Source of the DNA: Dehalococcoidia bacterium
GTDB lineage: Bacteria; Chloroflexota; Dehalococcoidia; Plut-88900
Assembly: GCA_965197645.1 (NCBI GenBank)
Contig: OZ240219.1
Coordinates: forward strand, 2,720,001 to 2,784,000
Direction of reading: 5' to 3'
Length of the DNA stretch: 64,000 nt
The notes below the pieces were generated by a model, which was given only the letters and a program-made list of their open reading frames with translations, was not told where the DNA came from and searched no databases. Position numbers and translations under genes: made by a program. This document shows, one piece after another, positions 58,604-64,000 of this stretch; position 1 is the stretch's first letter; each line of letters begins with the position of its first letter.

Positions 58604-59454
58604 ATGTAGGGATGTTCGTGTTTACCACTGATACTTCGCTCGATGTAGCCCAACTTGCCCGGCGGGCCGAGGAGCTGGGATTCGACTCCTTTTGGGTGCC
58701 TGAGCACCCCGCCTTGCCCGCAAAGACCAACACATGGTTTCCCGGATCGTCCGACGGCGCAATCCCAGAGGCCTACTACAGGATGTTAGACCCCCTAGTA
58801 GCCCTGGGTCGAGCGTCGGCGGTTACGGAGCGGATCAAGCTGGGCACGTGCGTCTGCCTCGTGCCGGAACACGAGCCTATATTGCTGGCCAAGCAAATTG
58901 CAACGTTGGACCATCTCTCGGGCGGCCGGTTCATATTCGGTATCGGAGCCGGCTGGCTAAAGGAAGAAACTGAAGTGTTGGGGGGAGATTTCGAGCACCG
59001 CTGGACCCAAACTCGTGAGTACGTTCTGGCAATGAAGGAGCTTTGGACGAAGGAAGAGGCCGAGTATCACGGAAAGTACGTGGACTTCCCTCCCCTTATT
59101 TCCGTTCCAAAGCCGGTCCAGAAACCCCATCCCCCGGTGTATCTGGGCAGCGAAGCGCCCAATGTCTTCAAGAGGACCGTAGCTTGGGGTGACGGATGGA
59201 TGCCAACCGAGGTCAGTCCCGAAGTCGTAAGGAGTGGCCGGGCTGAACTGGATGAGCTCGCCGCCCAAACCGGCCGCGACCCCAACTCTATCAATATCTC
59301 CGTTCTGGACGGAGATATGCAGATCACCGACAGGGAAGCGTTGGCCGCTTTCGAGGAGGCCGGCGCCGACCGGGTGGTGTTTTGGCTGGAGCCGACCGAG
59401 GGGCCTGAGTCCATAGCGAAGATGGAGGCCATCGCCAGCTGGGCCCTCCCCTAG
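58600..59454 (+). CDS. LLM-class F420-dependent oxidoreductase
   Basis: AEELGFDSFWVPEH, DP.VAL, LAKQIATLDHLSGGRF.FGIGAGW, PKPVQKPHPP, GDGWMP. Confidence 0.93.
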   Translation: MNVGMFVFTTDTSLDVAQLARRAEELGFDSFWVPEHPALPAKTNTWFPGSSDGAIPEAYYRMLDPLVALGRASAVTERIKLGTCVCLVPEHEPILLAKQIATLDHLSGGRFIFGIGAGWLKEETEVLGGDFEHRWTQTREYVLAMKELWTKEEAEYHGKYVDFPPLISVPKPVQKPHPPVYLGSEAPNVFKRTVAWGDGWMPTEVSPEVVRSGRAELDELAAQTGRDPNSINISVLDGDMQITDREALAAFEEAGADRVVFWLEPTEGPESIAKMEAIASWALP

Positions 59455-60593
59455 GGAACCCCGGCCCCCGCTGATGAATTGCCTGGTGTTGTCGTCGAAG
59501 GCGGCTCAGGCCCAGGGTCAACAGATTCAGCTGTGAGTTGGAAACACGTCCGGCCGATTCCATGGTCCCAAGCCGTATCCGAAAATGCGCGATCTGCTTC
59601 CCTGGATTTGTCGGTATCCGTGGAGAACACCGCGCATAGCTCATAATCCGCGTCACCCAACGCATTGTATTCGTACCGGTCGTTCGACTCCGGATCGTTT
59701 ACCGACCTGATGGAGAATCCGGACCCTGACATGTCGTCAACGCTCCCGGGCAATGTCTCGTTGATAGTCCAATAGATGTTCACGTTTCCGGCAATGTTAG
59801 TCAGATTGGAAACTCTCTCTCGATCAAGCCTAACGTTCCGTTGCCCCTCTGGCGTGCCTAGTAGGAACATCGAATATCCCAGCACCGCCACGACTATTAC
59901 TACCGCTACCACTACTGCACCCAATGGTGCTTTCCGAGCTGATTTCGCGTTACTGTTAGCATCCGCAACCGAGGTCTCGGTACGCTTCATATCCCACATG
60001 TAGAACCCGAATATCCATGTAGTTATCAGGAAGATTACTCCACCTTTCAAAAAGAATCGGAGGGTTGGATCGCCCGTTAGCAGATTGGCCAGCAACGCAA
60101 TGACGTCCCCAAGGATGATGCCCGCCCCAATTACAAGCGTGAGGTAGGTCAGCCACCGTCGCACCAGGGACAACCGCTTGTCAGGGTCCCCCGCCACCCC
60201 TGTGCTCAGCCGTTTCATCAGGAACAGGTACAGCGGGAAGGCAACGATGACCGAGGCTATAGAGGTTGCCTCTCCACCTGATGGAAACCGGTCTCGATAA
60301 TCGAGGGCATCGGGGAATGTGTGGTCGATGAGACCAAACACCAGGTAGCCGAAGCTCGAGGCAGAGACGTACAGGGCAATGAACGAGATCAGATAGAGGA
60401 AGGCTTCGCGAGCATGAACGTACGGAGTCGGCCGAGGCACCGCCAACGGGTAGTCTACGTCGGCGAAGGCCGATAACCCCTTTCTGACCTCATCATCCTG
60501 CCACCCCGCTTGGGCCAATACCTCTCGTATGGCGTCCTTAGACTGTCCTCGCTCCAGCGATTCTTTGATGAATGAGCGAAGTTCGTTGTTCAT
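59451..60593 (-). CDS. DUF5671-like membrane protein
   Basis: L..AGW, AREAFLYL..F..LY, IVAFPLYL, RRWLTYLTL, G.P...R..R.D.ER, YELCA.F. Confidence 0.8.
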   Translation of the reverse strand: MNNELRSFIKESLERGQSKDAIREVLAQAGWQDDEVRKGLSAFADVDYPLAVPRPTPYVHAREAFLYLISFIALYVSASSFGYLVFGLIDHTFPDALDYRDRFPSGGEATSIASVIVAFPLYLFLMKRLSTGVAGDPDKRLSLVRRWLTYLTLVIGAGIILGDVIALLANLLTGDPTLRFFLKGGVIFLITTWIFGFYMWDMKRTETSVADANSNAKSARKAPLGAVVVAVVIVVAVLGYSMFLLGTPEGQRNVRLDRERVSNLTNIAGNVNIYWTINETLPGSVDDMSGSGFSIRSVNDPESNDRYEYNALGDADYELCAVFSTDTDKSREADRAFSDTAWDHGIGRTCFQLTAESVDPGPEPPSTTTPGNSSAGAGVP

Positions 60594-60782
60594 TTCTCTA
60601 ACCCCGACGGCCAGTTGGCCGCGAACTCGCAGAATATTGCCTCATCAGATCACATTCCTCTCTCAGGGCTGTTGCTATTTCTCGAGATTGCCACTGGGCG
60701 GGGCCGTTCGGCCTTCGGCTGAATTGATTGAGGTTATCCCTTTCCCCATCCGCGCGTCCGGGGGTACCCACCCCAGACAACA

Positions 60783-61535
60783 TCACCGCGCTGTGTATCC
60801 ACCGTCGATCATCAGCTCGCTGCCGGTCACGTACGACGACTCGTCCGATGCCAGGAAAAGGGCCCCGTAGGCTATCTCTTCCGGTGCGGCAATCCTGCCC
60901 AATGGGATCTGGGCGAGCTCGTACGCTGCAACCTCCGGGTCGTCCATCATACCGGCTGTCATGGGGGTATCCACCGTTCCGGGATGGACCGAGTTGACCC
61001 GTATGCCTTCCTTGCCGTACTGGACGGCGGTAGACTTGGTCAGTATTCGCACCGCCCCCTTGGAGGCGTTGTACACCGGCTGGACATCGTCCTGGCCGAT
61101 GTTCCCCGAGATTGAAGAGATGTTGATGATGGAGCCTCCGCCAACCTTGCGCATCTCCGGGATGGACGCCTTGGAGCCGAGGAACGCTCCCTTGACGTTC
61201 ACTTCCATGATCTCGTCCCATTGAGAGGAGGTAGTGTCTTCCAGCACTCCCGAGGCCACGATACCGGCGTTGTTGACGAGAATGTCCAGCCTCCCGAAAC
61301 GGGCCACTGTAGCGGATATAGCTTCCCGCCAGTCCGATTCGCTGGTCACATCCAGCTTTACGAACAGGGCCTCTCCCTCCGTCTCGTTGATCTCCGCCTC
61401 CACTCGCCGGCCCTCCTCTTCCAGAACGTCGCCTATCGTCACCTTTGCCCCTTCCCTAGCGAACAATCGGGCCTCTGCGGCCCCCATGCCCCGGGCCCCT
61501 CCACTTATGAGCGCAACCTTCCCCTCGAGTCTCAT
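60783..61535 (-). CDS. Short-chain dehydrogenase/reductase (3-alpha,20-beta-HSD/glucose 1-dehydrogenase-like)
   Basis: SGGARGMG, NNAG, NISS, YNASKG, IRVNSVHPG, DGG. Confidence 0.94.
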   Translation of the reverse strand: MRLEGKVALISGGARGMGAAEARLFAREGAKVTIGDVLEEEGRRVEAEINETEGEALFVKLDVTSESDWREAISATVARFGRLDILVNNAGIVASGVLEDTTSSQWDEIMEVNVKGAFLGSKASIPEMRKVGGGSIINISSISGNIGQDDVQPVYNASKGAVRILTKSTAVQYGKEGIRVNSVHPGTVDTPMTAGMMDDPEVAAYELAQIPLGRIAAPEEIAYGALFLASDESSYVTGSELMIDGGYTAR

Positions 61536-61695
61536 CGTGTCCCTCCAGACTGTCATCTTCAATATAGCACCGTTATTCTAACCGGCCCTCATTGATGGCG
61601 TTCGGAAAGTAGGATACACCAAATTCGGTTTGTGCCATCTCCAACCCGGATATACAATCTGCATAATATTGAAAAAGGAGGGTCGCCAGATCGAG

Positions 61696-62061
61696 ATGTA
61701 TTGGAAAGAGAACGATTCAACGGGCATCAGGACCTACAACATCCATGAAGGAAACGGCGAGATCAGGACCCGGGGCTTCTTCACCGACGTGACCAAGCTT
61801 CCCATCAGGTTCCAGATGTGGGAGCTGGATCCGGGCGTTAGCGAGGGAAGCCACATCCACGAAGGAGAACAAACCCTGGAGGAGATCTACTATTTCCTGC
61901 AGGGAGAGGGTGTAATGTGGGTCGATGGCGAAGATGTGCAGGTGCGGGCCGGTGATGCCATGCTCGTACCACCGGGTGTGGACCACGGATTCCGCAACAC
62001 CGGCAACGAGCCCCTGAAGATAACCATCATCTGGGGAGTCCCCTCAGATACCGTCAATTGA
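61696..62061 (+). CDS. Cupin domain protein
   Basis: SEG.H.H....EEIYY.L.G.G, PPG..HG.RN.G. Confidence 0.88.
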   Translation: MYWKENDSTGIRTYNIHEGNGEIRTRGFFTDVTKLPIRFQMWELDPGVSEGSHIHEGEQTLEEIYYFLQGEGVMWVDGEDVQVRAGDAMLVPPGVDHGFRNTGNEPLKITIIWGVPSDTVN

Positions 62062-62399
62062 TGTATACTGGTGGCCGATAGGAGGGAGTAACTACAACCT
62101 TGCGAGGGCCAAATGAGATTTTCCATTCCCTCGACCGCGCCGGTCTCTGCCGGTGTGAAAGCTCCGGTTTCTTTTGCACCACTACGTCATTTATGTCGAG
62201 CAGCGCAGACCCAATGTGGACTATAGGGGCAGTTATGTCGAGCACAGCGACCAAGATGACTCGGACTTTGCCATTGGTAGTGTCGTAGAGACAGCTCAAA
62301 TCAAGACCATCCCTGGCTCCTGAAGTTTTCTCCACTACCGGAACGGGGCCCATCGACGATCATCCAGGCTAGCAGCACCTAGTTGAAAGGGGAAAGACC

Positions 62400-63812
62400 A
62401 TGATCGAGATAGGTATCTTCCAGAACGGCGCCTCGGACCTCAAGACCACCGTTACGGCGGACAACGTCGTGGTAAACGAAGGCTCTCTGAAAGAGGTCCA
62501 CGAAAGCTACCAGAGGGTACAGGTCGCCCAGATACGCCAGGGGATACTAGCCGAGCAGCTCGGCTTCGACTACTGGTTCATGACCGAGCACCACTTCATG
62601 CCCGAAGGCCCCGAGTTCAGCCCCAACCCCCTTCTCGCCGAGACCGCCATAGCGGCCAACACCAAGCGGATCCGCCTGGCCCAGATGGCCAACATTCTTC
62701 CCTGGTGGCACCCCATCCGGATCGCCGAGCAAGCGGCCATGCTGGACGTGATCAGCGGCGGACGGCTGGAGTTCGGCATAGGCCGGGGATACCAGCCGCG
62801 AGAGGCCGAGGTTTTCGGCCGGCCCTTCGGCTCCACTGTACAGGACCAGGAGCGCAACCGGGCCTACTACCACGAGGCCTACGAACTCATCCTCAAGGCG
62901 TGGACCGAACCCTCCTTCTCTCACCACGGCCAGTTCTTCACCGTCCCGCCCACCTATACCAAGTGGCACCACAAGAGCACCATGGCCTACTTCAACCTTC
63001 CCCAGACCGGCTATCCCCTCGATTCCGTTCTGGACGTAGGCCCCGAGGACGTGTACGCCACCGGCGGCCCTTCCGTCCTCTCCTCTACGACTACGCTAAA
63101 CGAGATAAGCGTCTTCCCCCAGCCCATCCAGAAGCCTCACCCCCAGATTTGGGAGCCGCTGACCAGCGAGCGTTCCATCAAATGGGCCGTCCAGCACGGA
63201 GTGAATGGGTTCGCCGTGCCCGAGGCCACCGAAATGCTGAAGAAGCAGCTGAACAGCTACTATGAGGAGGCGGAGAGGTGCGGCTGGCCCGATAGGCTCA
63301 ATCGAGGCCAATGGAAGTTCGGTTGGGACGCCGAGAAGCACCGAGGTTTCGGGCACAACATATACATGCACATCGTTACCCCTGGCCCCGGTGAGCAGGA
63401 AAGGGTGGAGCGGTATAAGAACTTCCTCCAGATGCACTGGGACTACTTCGGCGCCTTCGGCCTAGCGGCTGGATTCGTAAACCCCTCCTCCCCCGACTAC
63501 GACCCCAACATGCGGGTCACCCCCGACGTGCTGATCGAAAGGGGCGCTGCCATCGTCGGCACACCCGAGCACTGCATCGAGGAGATCATGAACTACAAGG
63601 AGGAGTGCGGCTACGAGGACCTGCTCTTCGTGGCATGGCTCGAAGCCGCCGGCTTCACCGGCGAGGAGATAGAAGAGCAGATGCACATCTTCGCCTCGGA
63701 GGTGGTGCCTACCCTCAAGCGGGAATGCGGTGGCGGCCCATCGCTGCCGGAGTCAACCGTCCAGCTGGTCCCCAACGGTGTGCCTTCGACCACTCCGGTC
63801 GTGGGTTCGTAG
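62400..63812 (+). CDS. LLM-class flavin-dependent oxidoreductase (luciferase-like)
   Basis: AEQLGFD....TEHHF, HPIRIAEQAAMLD..SGGRLE.GIGRGYQ, PQP.QKPHP. Confidence 0.93.
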   Translation: MIEIGIFQNGASDLKTTVTADNVVVNEGSLKEVHESYQRVQVAQIRQGILAEQLGFDYWFMTEHHFMPEGPEFSPNPLLAETAIAANTKRIRLAQMANILPWWHPIRIAEQAAMLDVISGGRLEFGIGRGYQPREAEVFGRPFGSTVQDQERNRAYYHEAYELILKAWTEPSFSHHGQFFTVPPTYTKWHHKSTMAYFNLPQTGYPLDSVLDVGPEDVYATGGPSVLSSTTTLNEISVFPQPIQKPHPQIWEPLTSERSIKWAVQHGVNGFAVPEATEMLKKQLNSYYEEAERCGWPDRLNRGQWKFGWDAEKHRGFGHNIYMHIVTPGPGEQERVERYKNFLQMHWDYFGAFGLAAGFVNPSSPDYDPNMRVTPDVLIERGAAIVGTPEHCIEEIMNYKEECGYEDLLFVAWLEAAGFTGEEIEEQMHIFASEVVPTLKRECGGGPSLPESTVQLVPNGVPSTTPVVGS

Positions 63813-63839
63813 CCCTACCAGCCCTGGAGTGCAGAAAAT

Positions 63840-63878
63840 AGAACACCGCCCCCTATTCGGGGGCGGTGTTCTGTATTT
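63840..63878. terminator. Intrinsic terminator, probably bidirectional
   Basis: 14-bp stem AGAACACCGCCCCC / GGGGGCGGTGTTCT with a TATTC loop. A-rich sequence precedes it and T-rich sequence follows. Confidence 0.85.
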
Positions 63879-64000
63879 CCACCTCAAACCATAGCCTGAA
63901 CTCGACCGGCGGTTCTCTACTGCCTCCACAGGATCCATGACCCGGGTCCTAACAGCGCGGTATCTAACCTATCGCCGCGCCTGAAGGCGGGACCTGATAC

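Noticed and set aside
62054-62353. 99-aa minus-strand ORF
   Set aside because: It has no recognisable motif or RBS and atypical codon usage, so it was not called as a gene.
55056-63812. Integrative element or prophage at tRNA-Arg (or at tRNA-Pro)
   Set aside because: No integrase, phage genes or duplicated tRNA 3' end is visible in the window. It can only be called a variable region.

Overview
GC-rich bacterial chromosome segment. The gene content (DUF6391, LarB, F420/flavin luciferase-like oxidoreductases, a fused CaiB CoA-transferase, duplicated TPP enzymes, a large Alu-containing SRP RNA) suggests Chloroflexota, probably Dehalococcoidia/SAR202-like; this placement is inference. Housekeeping genes are cmk, ispE-rsmA, ffs, PIN/TRAM-ispD-ispF-cysS, secG-gatB, pcm, tRNA-Pro and tRNA-Arg. 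They are interspersed with catabolic genes for methylated amines and other organic nitrogen: a creatinase-like enzyme, soxBDAG, fhs, an HcnB/C-like oxidase and a divergent arginase. The strongest signal lies right after tRNA-Arg(UCU). Two adjacent genes there are split by the ORF track at in-frame TGA codons but read as selenoproteins: a UGSC-family protein and a GrdB/PrdB-like protein with U-P-L-D in place of U-x-x-C. Each TGA is followed by a SECIS-like hairpin whose loop starts 18 nt downstream. A third uncharacterised partner gene follows, and the promoter/RBS block upstream is an exact 55-bp tandem duplication. Other points of interest are a beta-CASP nuclease beside SbcC where SbcD is expected, an iron ABC operon whose binding-protein gene is a remnant, two MITE-like repeats bracketing a TPP gene, a small HTH gene with a TTAGG/CCTAA operator array, a probable ATA start for larB, and a DUF6884 gene with a truncated partner. 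All family assignments come from motif recognition by eye; no searches were run.
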